Counted from the stretch's first letter, positions 47,082 to 56,859 are shown. The stretch: 64,000 nucleotides of DNA from an uncultured Acidobacteriota bacterium (GCA_963796925.1 CAWCNH010000002.1:339462-403461), one strand, 5' to 3'. Notes: a model not told the origin generated them from the sequence alone. Translations and numbers: made by a program.

Positions 47082-48173
47082 TCAGTGCTGATTCTTGCCC
47101 CAAATTTCTTGCGCAGTCTCCGCTACCAGTCGCAGCTTTGCTGCCTGGTCCGCTGCCGTCACAAGGTTGCCTTCGATCGTCAACGCAAAACCGCACTGCG
47201 GACTCAGAGCAAGCCGCTCCAGCGGAATGTAGCTGGCGGCGGCTTCAATCCGTCGTTTCAACTCATCCTTGTGTTCGAGCTGCGGCCGTTTCGAGCTGAT
47301 AAGGCCCAGCACAACTTCACGATCTTCGGGCACCTCGCGCAGCGGCTGGAAGCCGCCTGACCGCTCGTCGTCAAACTCCAATAAGAACCGATCAAACCTG
47401 GTCTTATGAAATACCCGGGTGATCGGTCCATAGTCACCAGCCGCGTAAAACTTGCTTTGATTATTCCCCCTGCAAAGATGGAGTCCAAAAGTTATGCCCG
47501 AGTGGCTGCCGATGACTGCATTGTCCATCTCAATAGAAAGGTCAAGCAGGCGATCGGGGTCGTTGCCGCGCTGGCGATAACCTTCGCGTAGTTCCGGATC
47601 GAGCAGTGCGGTGTATTGCGGCGAATCGATCTGGACGTATTCGCAACCTAGACGAATCAGCTCGGCGACTTCATCTTGCAAAATGCCAACCAGGTCGGCT
47701 AGATAGGCATCGACAGTGGCGTAAGCGACTGAGGACTTGGCGCTGTCGTAATAGGCGGCGGCCTGCTGCGCGCTGATTATGGTTGTCTTGGCGGGATGGT
47801 CGGTGCGGGCACGGACATAGGTGAATTCTTCGGCGCACAGCGGGCGTTTACGCCTTAGCTTCGAAACCACCACGGGCCTCGACAGCACCAACTGTTCACC
47901 CTTTTCATCGCGGAAGGGAATTGCCCAGCCGCCGCGCTCGTCAAAACCTTCCACGGCATCGATCAGGTGTCCGTAGAACGCGTAACGGCGCATTTCGCCA
48001 TCGGTTATGACATCTATACCGGCATCGATTTGCAGGTCAATGCATTCATTGACGGCGCGATCCTCGACAAATTTAAACTGGGCGTTGGTAAGTTTTCCGG
48101 CGCCAAACTGGTCGCGCGCCTCTTTTAAGTATGACGGCCGCAATAGACTCCCAACTACATCACTATGAAACAT
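47082..48173 (-). CDS. cobalamin-independent methionine synthase (MetE C-terminal domain)-like methyltransferase family protein
   Basis: The N-terminus MFHSDVVGSLLRPSYLKEARDQF is typical of MetE-catalytic-domain-only proteins. The C-terminal motif is LALSPQCGF. The start is taken as ATG 48173. The ORF track extends to 48299. Confidence 0.7.
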   Translation of the reverse strand: MFHSDVVGSLLRPSYLKEARDQFGAGKLTNAQFKFVEDRAVNECIDLQIDAGIDVITDGEMRRYAFYGHLIDAVEGFDERGGWAIPFRDEKGEQLVLSRPVVVSKLRRKRPLCAEEFTYVRARTDHPAKTTIISAQQAAAYYDSAKSSVAYATVDAYLADLVGILQDEVAELIRLGCEYVQIDSPQYTALLDPELREGYRQRGNDPDRLLDLSIEMDNAVIGSHSGITFGLHLCRGNNQSKFYAAGDYGPITRVFHKTRFDRFLLEFDDERSGGFQPLREVPEDREVVLGLISSKRPQLEHKDELKRRIEAAASYIPLERLALSPQCGFALTIEGNLVTAADQAAKLRLVAETAQEIWGKNQH

Positions 48174-48311
48174 GTTTGTCTCCAATCCGAGCTCGCAACG
48201 AGCGGTTCGGCGAAATCCATTGTATTGATTCGTTTCGCAAGGCGGTCCTACACCCCTTTCCTCCCGGGCTGAAAGACGCGCAGGCGCTCGCTGGAGCATG
48301 ACACTGAGTCA

Positions 48312-49175
48312 TCAGTTCGGGCGGATCGCCAGCAGGTTGCAAGCATTTTCTTTAAGAATCAAGGGACGCACCTCGTCCCGAATCGCTATTTGTTTGAAAT
48401 CGGCCATCCAGCGATCTGGCGTAATCAGGGGATAGTCTGAACCAAATAGGACTTTGTGCTTTAACAGGGTGTTGGCATATTGAATCAATTGCGGTGCGAA
48501 ATATTTGGGCGACCAACCTGAAAGATCGATGTAGACGTTCGGCTTGTGAAGGCAAATTGAAATCGCTTCGTCCTGCCACGGAAAAGAAGGATGGGCCATG
48601 ATGATCGGCATATCGGGAAAGTCCACCGCAACGTCGTCAATGGGAAGGGGATTGCCGTACTTTTGCCGCACCCCGCCTCCACCGCGAACTCCGGTCCCGA
48701 TTCCGCTGTGGCCGGTGTGAAAGATTACCGGAAGACGCGCTTCCGCAAAAAGTTCGTACAGCGGATACGCGATGCGATCATTTGGAAAAAATTGCTGGAC
48801 CGGAGGATGCAATTTAAGTCCTCGAACCAATCCCGTGGCCAGAAGCCGCTTGGCCTCGGCGATGCCGTCCGTTTCCCGGTGCGGATTGATACTTACGAAT
48901 GGGATCGCTATATCTGCATTTTTCTCCGCAAAGCGTAAAACCTCATCGTTGCTGAGAAAAGGTTTACCGGTCAACTTCTCATCCACGGTGAAGACTACAA
49001 ACCCAATTTTGCGCGAGCGATAATATTCCGCCATGCCGTTGTGGTCGCGGACGGCTCCGGAATCGCCAAAATATTTCTTGGCAGCCGTGTCGATGGCGTT
49101 ATCCGCTTCCGGCTCAAGATGCACATGGACGTCGATCGCAGATAGCGATCGCACATTACCCCCAAAAAGCATCAC
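48312..49175 (-). CDS. amidohydrolase-2 family metal-dependent hydrolase/decarboxylase
   Basis: The HxH motif is IDVHVHL. Later metal-ligand strands are present (VIFHTGHSG, IIMAHPSFPW, FGSDYP). It overlaps the upstream gene's stop by 4 nt. Confidence 0.7.
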   Translation of the reverse strand: MMLFGGNVRSLSAIDVHVHLEPEADNAIDTAAKKYFGDSGAVRDHNGMAEYYRSRKIGFVVFTVDEKLTGKPFLSNDEVLRFAEKNADIAIPFVSINPHRETDGIAEAKRLLATGLVRGLKLHPPVQQFFPNDRIAYPLYELFAEARLPVIFHTGHSGIGTGVRGGGGVRQKYGNPLPIDDVAVDFPDMPIIMAHPSFPWQDEAISICLHKPNVYIDLSGWSPKYFAPQLIQYANTLLKHKVLFGSDYPLITPDRWMADFKQIAIRDEVRPLILKENACNLLAIRPN

Positions 49176-51346
49176 GATTTCGTCTCCTGGACTAATGAAG
49201 GCTCTTTGCTGCCGGTCCCGGCAGAGCGGTTGCCGGCACGTCCCTGGTCGAAGGTACGAAATGTCTCGCCAGCCTCGGCAAGTTGGCGCAAGAGCGGACT
49301 AACCTTCCACCGCGATCCCAATTCAGCTTCAAAGCTGTTAATTCGTTCAACAATCTGTGGCAGACCGACCGTGTCGGCGTAAAACATCGGTCCGCCTCGC
49401 CATGCAGGAAAGCCATAACCGTTCACGTAAATGACATCGATGTCCGACGCCCTCATTGCCAAACCTTCCTCCAGGACCATCGCACCTTGGTTAATCAGTC
49501 CGTAGAGGCAACGCTCGATAATCTGCGAATCCGTAAACTTCCTCTGCGGGATGGCTGATTGTAGCGAAAGCGATCGGATCAGCTGCAAGCAATCGGGATC
49601 CGCAATGGGCTTGCCATCGGCGCCATAGCTGTACCACCCTCGTCCGGCCTTCTGCCCAAAAAAGCCCCGTTCGCAGAGGGCGTCTGCGACAAGCGGTTTC
49701 CGTTCACCAGGGCCAGAGAACTGATGCAACTCGCGGCGTACTCGCCACGCCACATCCAGTCCGGCCATATCATCAACTTCAAAAATTCCCATCGCCATGC
49801 CGAATTCCCGAAGTGCTTGATCCACTTTCTGAGGAGTTGAACCCTCTTCCACCAGGAACTGCGCTTCGTACATGTAAGGAAACATCAGACGGTTGCCAAC
49901 AAATCCGGGGCCGTTCCCCACTATCACACCGACCTTGGACAGGCTCTTGGCAAAAGAGATTGCAGTAGCCAGGGTTGACGTTGACGTAAATCGGCCCCGC
50001 ACGATTTCCAGCAGGCGCATAACATTGGCCGGACTGAAGAAGTGCAGTCCCACCACACGCTCGGGCTGTTTGGTCACTGCCGCCAGCTCATCAATACTCA
50101 GAGTTGAGGTATTGGACGCTAAAATGCAGTTTGGGTGGACCGCCTCCCCGAGTTCCCGAAAGATCGAGCGTTTCAGTTCCATATCCTCGAACACTGCTTC
50201 GACCACCAGATCTGCCTTCCCGGCGCCACTGTGACCCACTTGGGGAGTGATCCGTTTTATCTTCTCCGTGGCAGAGTCCTGGGAAAGTCGCCCGCGTTTG
50301 ATCGAAGACTCGTAGCTTTTGTGGATCATCGACAACGCGGAGTTCAGGGCAGGCTGATCACAATCCTGTAGAACAACGTGCATACCAGCATTGGCGCAAG
50401 CTATGGCGATGCCTCTCCCCATGGTTCCCGCACCGACCACCCGGACTTCGCCAATCGGCGAAATTGCCGTTTCCTTTTCCAGGTTTGGAAGTTTACTTAC
50501 GGCCCGTTCCGCAAAAAATCCATGAATGAGCGCTCGGCACTGATCGGACGTCGCACACTCTTGAAAAAGTTGCCGCTCGCGCTCGCAACCCTGTTTGAAG
50601 GGCAGGGTGGCGGCAGCTCGAATCGCTTCCACTGCTTTCAGTGGAGCGATTTGATTTCGCTTCACTTTCCGCGCGAACTCCTCAGCCGTCCGCACCGCAT
50701 CGTACAACGAGTTCGCGCTTCTTAGCCGAGCTGTCTTCTCTCGGGTCTTATCGGGGGATTTGTGAAATCTTAACTTTTGGCGCGCATACTCAACCGCTTG
50801 CGACCGCAGATCCCCCTCTACGACTGCATCGATAATGCCGGCCTCGAGCGCTTCGGAAGCCGTTATCAGTTTCCCGGACACGCACATTTCAAGGGCCTTT
50901 TCGATGCCCGCGAGTCGCGGAAGCCTTTGTGTGCCCTCAGCCCCGGGAATAATCCCCAGATTTACTTCGGGCTGCCCAAACCTTGCATCCTTCAAGGCCA
51001 GGCGGAAGTGTCCAGCCATGGCGAGTTCCAGTCCACCGCCCAAAGCGGAGCCATGAATCGCCATGACTACGGGCTTTGCACAATCCTCGATCTTCCGAAG
51101 CAATTCGTGGATATTCGGTGCGCCTGGACCTCGCTCCCAAGCCAATTCTTCCAACTGCCGGATGTCGGCGCCAGCAACGAATGTTCCACCGCTGCCCATA
51201 AGCACGAGGGCTCGTACAGCAATGTCTGTTTCAGCCGCCTCAACTGCCTCCTCAATACCTTCACACACCTCCGTGCTCAAGGCGTTTACTGGAGGATTAC
51301 TGATCGTAATAACGGAGACCCCGTCCTGGTGCTCCCTACTGACCAT
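49172..51346 (-). CDS. bifunctional enoyl-CoA hydratase / 3-hydroxyacyl-CoA dehydrogenase (FadB/FadJ-like)
   Basis: The crotonase N-terminal half has VITISNPPVNAL, GGTFVAGADI and AIHGSALGGGLELAMA. The HAD NAD motif is VVGAGTMGRGIA. C-terminal HAD repeats are present. Confidence 0.88.
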   Translation of the reverse strand: MVSREHQDGVSVITISNPPVNALSTEVCEGIEEAVEAAETDIAVRALVLMGSGGTFVAGADIRQLEELAWERGPGAPNIHELLRKIEDCAKPVVMAIHGSALGGGLELAMAGHFRLALKDARFGQPEVNLGIIPGAEGTQRLPRLAGIEKALEMCVSGKLITASEALEAGIIDAVVEGDLRSQAVEYARQKLRFHKSPDKTREKTARLRSANSLYDAVRTAEEFARKVKRNQIAPLKAVEAIRAAATLPFKQGCERERQLFQECATSDQCRALIHGFFAERAVSKLPNLEKETAISPIGEVRVVGAGTMGRGIAIACANAGMHVVLQDCDQPALNSALSMIHKSYESSIKRGRLSQDSATEKIKRITPQVGHSGAGKADLVVEAVFEDMELKRSIFRELGEAVHPNCILASNTSTLSIDELAAVTKQPERVVGLHFFSPANVMRLLEIVRGRFTSTSTLATAISFAKSLSKVGVIVGNGPGFVGNRLMFPYMYEAQFLVEEGSTPQKVDQALREFGMAMGIFEVDDMAGLDVAWRVRRELHQFSGPGERKPLVADALCERGFFGQKAGRGWYSYGADGKPIADPDCLQLIRSLSLQSAIPQRKFTDSQIIERCLYGLINQGAMVLEEGLAMRASDIDVIYVNGYGFPAWRGGPMFYADTVGLPQIVERINSFEAELGSRWKVSPLLRQLAEAGETFRTFDQGRAGNRSAGTGSKEPSLVQETKS

Positions 51347-51568
51347 TGCATTACTCCTACTCAGTTATGTCGTGGAACATTGGTTCATTCCCGCATTAAG
51401 TCGGCAAAAACGGTCAGCAGCTGTCTAAGGAAACGCAAACCAGCGTTCGGCTGATGCAACTTCATTGAGCGCGAAACGACTGGGCCGGTACAAGAGCATC
51501 GCTCCCCGGTTGCGAATGCCAACCAACGGGGACAGCCAACACTATCCCCGAGCATGAAACCCAAGTCA

Positions 51569-51605
51569 ATACCAGATAGGCATTTTCACAATACCAAATT
51601 GGTAT
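51569..51605. promoter_or_regulatory. tandem LysR-type boxes: ATAC-N7-GCAT (51569-51583) and ATAC-N7-GTAT (51591-51605)
   Basis: The sequence is AATACCAGATAGGCATTTTCACAATACCAAATTGGTATAG. The two dyads start 22 bp apart. They lie upstream of the fadB-like operon (start 51346) and just past the 3' end of the LysR gene. Confidence 0.45.
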
Positions 51606-51613
51606 AGCCGGTT

Positions 51614-52618
51614 TTACTTCTTGGTGTTGTGTGGCCTCGGTTTGCGAGTCGAGACTGGTTTGCCCGCCCGGCTTAAGTTTTTTTCTTCGGGCCGACGGAC
51701 GTACTGGTATGGAGCGAAACCTTCTTCTCTGTCAAATCCATTGCGGGTGAAGTGAACGAACTCCTGCGTTGCCTTGGCCTGCTCGTCACTGCGCCATACC
51801 AGTCGCACCTCGATCACCGCCGAGGGTTCGTCCAGCGGTAAAGCGACCAGCCGATCTATGAATGCCGGGTGAATCGGATTTCTGCCGACAGCCAGGTAGA
51901 TGCCTTTACCGGAGTCCACCAGGATAGACCCGGCTTCCTCGTAAGGCATGGTTTCAGTAGGGACCAGCCTGGGCTCGATATTCTGCTCTCGAAACAAGGC
52001 CAGCGTCCGGTCGTAGGCGCCGGGAGAGATGCGCCTGTCGATCAGCAACACTGCTTCCTGTGCGATATGGCGCAAGCGCAACACTCTGCGTTTGGCCAAG
52101 GGGCTTGACCTACGCAACACCACAGAAAAATTCTCTTGAAATAACGGCGCTGACGCCAGTTGGGGAGCTTCGATCGGTGATCGCATAAAACCCACATCGA
52201 TCTTGCGGTCCAGGAACGCCTCCGCTTGAAAACCGGAAGCGATATCTCTAACGTCAATCTCGACTCTGGGGAACAGGCGAAGATACTCATTCACGACCCT
52301 ACTAACGACATCTCCCAGGCCCTTTCCAATCCCAAGACGAACCGTACCCGCGCCTCCACTGCCGGCGTGCTTGGCGGCCTCAACCGCCTGAGATACATGC
52401 TGCAACACCACCCGAACTTCGTTCAGGAATCCCATCCCCGCATCAGTGAGGAAGACCCGGTTGCTGTTTCTTTCGAAAAGCTTGACCCCAAGTTCTGTCT
52501 CCAGGTCGCGAATGTGACGGCTCACTGGGGGCTGGGCAATGTGTAGTCGTCGTGCCGCTTTAGTGAAATTGAGTTCTTCTGCTACTGCGATAAACGAATA
52601 AAAGTGACGAAGTTCCAA
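51614..52618 (-). CDS. LysR family transcriptional regulator
   Basis: The TTG start at 52618, with GGAGG 8 nt upstream, gives MELRHFYSFIAVAEELNFTKAARRLHIAQPPVSRHIRDLE, the canonical LTTR N-terminus. The ORF-track extension to 52867 overlaps the divergent gene and is rejected. Confidence 0.85.
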   Translation of the reverse strand: MELRHFYSFIAVAEELNFTKAARRLHIAQPPVSRHIRDLETELGVKLFERNSNRVFLTDAGMGFLNEVRVVLQHVSQAVEAAKHAGSGGAGTVRLGIGKGLGDVVSRVVNEYLRLFPRVEIDVRDIASGFQAEAFLDRKIDVGFMRSPIEAPQLASAPLFQENFSVVLRRSSPLAKRRVLRLRHIAQEAVLLIDRRISPGAYDRTLALFREQNIEPRLVPTETMPYEEAGSILVDSGKGIYLAVGRNPIHPAFIDRLVALPLDEPSAVIEVRLVWRSDEQAKATQEFVHFTRNGFDREEGFAPYQYVRRPEEKNLSRAGKPVSTRKPRPHNTKK

Positions 52619-52642
52619 GTTCCCAGCCTCCACCCGGCAACA

Positions 52643-52657
52643 ATACCGAAATAGTAT
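52643..52657. promoter_or_regulatory. LysR-type box ATAC-N7-GTAT in the divergent LysR / CoA-ligase intergenic region
   Basis: ATACCGAAATAGTAT lies 25 nt upstream of the LysR TTG start, between the divergently transcribed genes. Confidence 0.45.
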
Positions 52658-52687
52658 GACGATGGTACGCCAAATGGATTGACAAAA

Positions 52688-54667
52688 ATGGCGCAGATAA
52701 GCGAAGCTCCGCAACCTGGGGCCCGGGCTCCTGATCAGATCAGCGCTCGCCCATCCGCAAGTACTCTCGTGAATATGAATACTGTAGGAGAGAGTCAGAT
52801 CCAGAGATTCGCCGAACGGCCGACCAGACCTGTCCGAGTGGCTACACTGCGCGCCTCTTTTGAGCATCGTCAGGACGGCGTGGTGCTAGTGCGCTCGACC
52901 GAAGCACTTGGCAATTACCCCGCCAGGCTCACTGATTGTTTGAAATCTTGGGCTCTTCACGCCCCAGACCGCCCGTTCCTGGCTCAACGCGGGCCTGACG
53001 GAGGCTGGGAGAAATGCACCTATGCGGATGCCTGGACGCGAGTGCGGCGACTGGCAGCAGGACTGATGAACCTGGGCCTCTCGTCCGCTACGCCGGTGAT
53101 GATTCTATCTGGCAATAGTATTGAGCATGGCCTGATGGCCCTGGCCGCTATGTACGCCGGCATCCCCTATGCCCCAATCGCGCCGGCATACTCGTTGGCT
53201 ATGTCGAAATTCGCAGCCCTTGAGCATGTCTGGGAGAACCTCACTCCTGGAATGATTTTCGTGCAGGGAGGATCTCGGTTCGTTCCGGCATTAAAAGCGG
53301 TGGTGCGCGACAACGCTTACATTGTGCGTTCCGGTATTGCCCTCGACGGATTTCACTCCATCGATCTCGCCGATCTGGAAGGGACTGAAGCGTCGGCCCA
53401 AGCGGACGCTGCTAATCAGCGGACCGGTCCGGATTCGGTCGCCAAGATTTTATATACCTCGGGTTCCACAGGTCTTCCGAAGGGCGTCATCACGACTAAC
53501 CGGATGTTATGTTCGAACCAGCAGATGCTTCGCCAGGTAATGCCCTGCCTGGCGGATGAACCCCCGGTGATTTGCGACTGGCTTCCCTGGAATCACACTT
53601 TCGGAGGAAGCCACAATTTTGGCATTGCACTATATAACGGAGGCACGCTTTACATCGACGCCGGAAAACCTACTGGCGATCTGTTCGCTCCTACCGTCAG
53701 CAATCTTCGTGAAATTGCACCTACGGCATATTTCAATGTCCCCAAGGGCTATGAAATGTTGGTTGGACATATGCGGTCGGATGCTGGCCTGAGGCGGATG
53801 TTCTTCAGTCGCCTTAAACTTCTATTCTTCGCGGCAGCGGGCTTAAACAAACGCACCTGGGACGACCTACAGCAGATGGCATTCGAAACTTGCGGCGAGG
53901 AAATATTGATCGTGACCGGCCTGGGAGCGACTGAGAGCGCGCCGTTTGCGTTGTCAACCGGCATCGAAGGATCGAGACCTGGCTGGATTGGACTTCCGGT
54001 CCCCGGCGTTGATCTCAAATTGGCCCCGGTGGGGGATCGGGTGGAGGCCCGCTTGCGGGGACCATCGATCACTCCGGGCTACTGGCGACGGCCCGACCTG
54101 GACGACTTGGCGTTTGACGAAGAGCGTTACTACCGCATGGGCGACGCCGTGAACCCCGTAGACGCTGCGAACTTGCAAAAAGGATTTCTCTTCGATGGCC
54201 GACTGAACGAAGATTTCAAGCTCTCCAGCGGAACATGGGTCAGAACCGGCATGCTGCGCATGCGTCTGGTGGCGCATTTCAATGGATTGCTGCAAGATGC
54301 CGTACTGGCAGCTCCCGACCGCGACTATGTTGCAGCGCTGCTTTTTCCGGCATTGGATTCCTGCCGGAAGCTGTGCGGGGACCTGCCTGAACGCGCCCCA
54401 GCTTCCGCCATACTTTCGCGTCCGGAAGTTCGCTTTGCTTTTCAGGAGCGCCTCAATTCATTTGCCGCTCAAAGTACGGGCATTTCTACTCAGGTACAGC
54501 GCGCTCTTATATTGGAGTCTGCCCCCTCGATGGAGTCGCGCGAGATCACCGACAAGGGAACTTTAAATTCCGCAGCGGTATGGAAGAACCGCGCCGCGGA
54601 GCTAGAAGCGCTGTACGAGGAATTATGCGGTGATCAGGTGCTATCGATCGACCAGGACTCGCACTAA
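52688..54667 (+). CDS. AMP-dependent acyl-CoA synthetase/ligase (feruloyl-CoA-synthase-like subgroup)
   Basis: The AMP-binding motif is ILYTSGSTGLPKGV. The later motif is YRMGD. The N-terminal region DGVVLVRSTEALGNYPARLTDCLKSWALHAPDRPFLAQR resembles Fcs-type ligases. The start is uncertain: TTG 52679, ATG 52688 or ATG 52775. Confidence 0.8.
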   Translation: MAQISEAPQPGARAPDQISARPSASTLVNMNTVGESQIQRFAERPTRPVRVATLRASFEHRQDGVVLVRSTEALGNYPARLTDCLKSWALHAPDRPFLAQRGPDGGWEKCTYADAWTRVRRLAAGLMNLGLSSATPVMILSGNSIEHGLMALAAMYAGIPYAPIAPAYSLAMSKFAALEHVWENLTPGMIFVQGGSRFVPALKAVVRDNAYIVRSGIALDGFHSIDLADLEGTEASAQADAANQRTGPDSVAKILYTSGSTGLPKGVITTNRMLCSNQQMLRQVMPCLADEPPVICDWLPWNHTFGGSHNFGIALYNGGTLYIDAGKPTGDLFAPTVSNLREIAPTAYFNVPKGYEMLVGHMRSDAGLRRMFFSRLKLLFFAAAGLNKRTWDDLQQMAFETCGEEILIVTGLGATESAPFALSTGIEGSRPGWIGLPVPGVDLKLAPVGDRVEARLRGPSITPGYWRRPDLDDLAFDEERYYRMGDAVNPVDAANLQKGFLFDGRLNEDFKLSSGTWVRTGMLRMRLVAHFNGLLQDAVLAAPDRDYVAALLFPALDSCRKLCGDLPERAPASAILSRPEVRFAFQERLNSFAAQSTGISTQVQRALILESAPSMESREITDKGTLNSAAVWKNRAAELEALYEELCGDQVLSIDQDSH

Positions 54668-54670
54668 CAG

Positions 54671-54716
54671 AACGCCACCGTTCTTGGTGATTTGACCGAA
54701 AGGCGTTTATTTTATC
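54671..54716 (+). terminator. candidate intrinsic terminator after the CoA-ligase gene
   Basis: AACGCC...GGCGTT forms an outer stem with an inner CACC/GGTG stem, followed by TATTTTAT. It starts 4 nt after the stop codon. Confidence 0.35.
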
Positions 54717-54900
54717 CGTCGGCGTCGGGATTCAATCCGCTTCGCATAAAGAAAGCAAACCGGTAGCGAGAACTCCGATGAACTTCAGCCGCGACAGATC
54801 TGCCAGCGGGCCGCCGCTTAACCGCCTGCTCTCCACCCGTCCGCCAGTATCTAAACAAGTAGCCGCCGAGCACCGCGGGGTACGCGCGAGGTACCCTGGC

Positions 54901-56589
54901 CTATTCCGCTTTGCCGGCGGCCGGACCCACGCCTGTGGCCTCCCTAGTGTTGGGGGCGATGCCGATCAGCGCCACTCCGCCCACTCCACTGTGACTGGCG
55001 GTGACTATGTGGCCGCGAGCCCTCAAGTTCGCCTGCACTTCTTCGGGCAAGGTATTGGGCACAGACAAGCTACCCAAGTCAGCGCGCTCCTGGCTGAAGG
55101 AGCTGATGAAATGCGTGGTAGAGAAGCGCGGTGCGTTAAATGCCTCCTCGGGACTCATGCCGAATTCCACAAAGTTAAGGATGACCTGAATAGCTGCCTG
55201 GTCCTGCTGGTCGCCGCCGGCAACTGAGATCGCCATCACCGGATGGTTGTCATGGAAGAGCAGCGTGGGGCTCAGTGTGATTCGCGGTCGCTTGCCCGGC
55301 TGGATAACGTTGGGAGTTCCCGCAAATGTATTCAGGCTGCTGAGTCTGCTTCCGTGGATAATGCCCGTGCGTCCTGCCACGCCGGCTGTGCTTGACAGTC
55401 CGCTGGGAGTGGCCGCGATGACGTTCCCAAACTTATCCGTCACACACATAACCGTGGTTCCGCCATGCCACGGTCCAGTGATGGTAGGAGGCTTAGTCGG
55501 TTTCATGTTGTAAGGGTCGCCCGGCCGGAGCTCTAGAGATGCCTTTTGCGGATCGATCAACTGGCGTCGCATTTTCGTGTACTGATCGGAGAGCAATTGT
55601 TGCATCGGCACCTTGGCGAAGTTTGGATCGCCGTAATATTCGTCACGATCCGCCAGCGCCAGTTTTTCCGCTTCAATGACCGTGTGGATGTAGTTCGCCG
55701 AATTGTGGCCCATCTTCTTTAGATCAAAACCTTCCAGCAGGCGCAGCGTCTGCGACAGATAAGGACCCTGCGTCAGCGGACCAGCCTTATAGACCGTGTA
55801 CCGGCGGTAGGTGGTTCTGAGCGGATCCACTACGGGAGTTTTGTGCGCCGCCAAATCCGACTTACGAAGGAACCCGCCCTTCTCGATATACCAAGCTTCG
55901 AGAGCGTCGGCGATGTCGCCGCGATAGAAGCGGTCCGAGACGGCTTGCAGTTTCTGCTGCCGTGTACCCTTCGCGGCCTTTTCGGACTCCACCAATTTGC
56001 GAAAGGTCACAGCCATATCCGCCTGCCAGTTCACGCCGGTTTCGATTTTCTTCTCGCTGCCGGTGTCGATATACCAGCTCGGACCGCCAGCGTCCAGAAT
56101 GGCCAACGTTGGCTGCACGACTTCTTCGAAGCTTTTGGTTCCGTAAAGTTTTAGTAGGGTGACGATCGCATCTATAGTGCCGGGCACGGCGGCTGCCTTG
56201 ACGTCACCGTCCGGGATCCCATGTTCCATGTACCAGGCGATGGCTTTGGGGTCGCGTGGAGCCTCTCCTTGTCCCTCCAGCAGCTTCACATTTTTCTGGT
56301 CGGCGCTGTAAACCAGGATCGGAAGCTCTCCCCCCACACAGAACGCGCCCACATAAGTTACTGATAATGCCAGCAGGGTAGCGGCGCCTGCATCGGCCGC
56401 GTTTCCCCCCTGTTCTAAAATCTTGATGCCAGCCGCGGTGGCAGCAGGCTTACCGGAAACAACCACACCATGGCTGCCAGTGGCGACACTCGGTCTCCGC
56501 GAACTAACCGGCGTCTTGGTGGCCTGCGGCCAAGCGGAGGACGCGAATAAAAGGATGGAAGCGGCTAATATCGAATTGATCTTGCGCAT
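54901..56589 (-). CDS. ggt: gamma-glutamyltransferase family protein
   Basis: The signal peptide is MRKINSILAASILLFASSAWP, with the start at ATG 56589. The GGT autoprocessing region is GGTTVMCVTDKFGNVIAATPSG. The C-terminal motif is GGDQQDQAAIQV. Confidence 0.85.
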   Translation of the reverse strand: MRKINSILAASILLFASSAWPQATKTPVSSRRPSVATGSHGVVVSGKPAATAAGIKILEQGGNAADAGAATLLALSVTYVGAFCVGGELPILVYSADQKNVKLLEGQGEAPRDPKAIAWYMEHGIPDGDVKAAAVPGTIDAIVTLLKLYGTKSFEEVVQPTLAILDAGGPSWYIDTGSEKKIETGVNWQADMAVTFRKLVESEKAAKGTRQQKLQAVSDRFYRGDIADALEAWYIEKGGFLRKSDLAAHKTPVVDPLRTTYRRYTVYKAGPLTQGPYLSQTLRLLEGFDLKKMGHNSANYIHTVIEAEKLALADRDEYYGDPNFAKVPMQQLLSDQYTKMRRQLIDPQKASLELRPGDPYNMKPTKPPTITGPWHGGTTVMCVTDKFGNVIAATPSGLSSTAGVAGRTGIIHGSRLSSLNTFAGTPNVIQPGKRPRITLSPTLLFHDNHPVMAISVAGGDQQDQAAIQVILNFVEFGMSPEEAFNAPRFSTTHFISSFSQERADLGSLSVPNTLPEEVQANLRARGHIVTASHSGVGGVALIGIAPNTREATGVGPAAGKAE

Positions 56590-56859
56590 AAAAGAATTCA
56601 ACTCCGTTGAGTGACCGGCATTACCCGGCATGTCGTCAAAACTATATCAACTGTCTTACTCCGCCGAGCGCAGCGCAGGGTTGCTGGGGCGGAAGAGCGT
56701 CCAGTCCGGTGCTGTCATTTCTACCAACACGCAACGACGTTTTCGTGTGGTCCGCGGAGCAAGCCAAATCGTGACGCGCACAGCGTCGATGTTACCCTTT
56801 CGAGGACAGTGAGCTATCCAAGCAAAAATGACAGCCGCAGATGGACAAATGATGTTCGA

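Noticed and set aside
52619-52867. The N-terminal extension of the LysR ORF to 52867 (417 aa in the track).
   Set aside because: The canonical LTTR N-terminus (MELRHFYSF...) begins at TTG 52618 with GGAGG upstream. The extension has no HTH-upstream precedent and overlaps the divergent CoA-ligase gene.
56636-56672. A tRNA-like fragment. The ORF peptide KLYQLSYS resembles the LYQLSY signature produced by reverse-complemented tRNA D-arms.
   Set aside because: On the minus strand the putative D-stem (AGAC...TAGT) does not pair. No anticodon arm, T-arm (GTTCGAATC type) or CCA-proximal acceptor can be built. At best it is a degenerate remnant and is not supportable.
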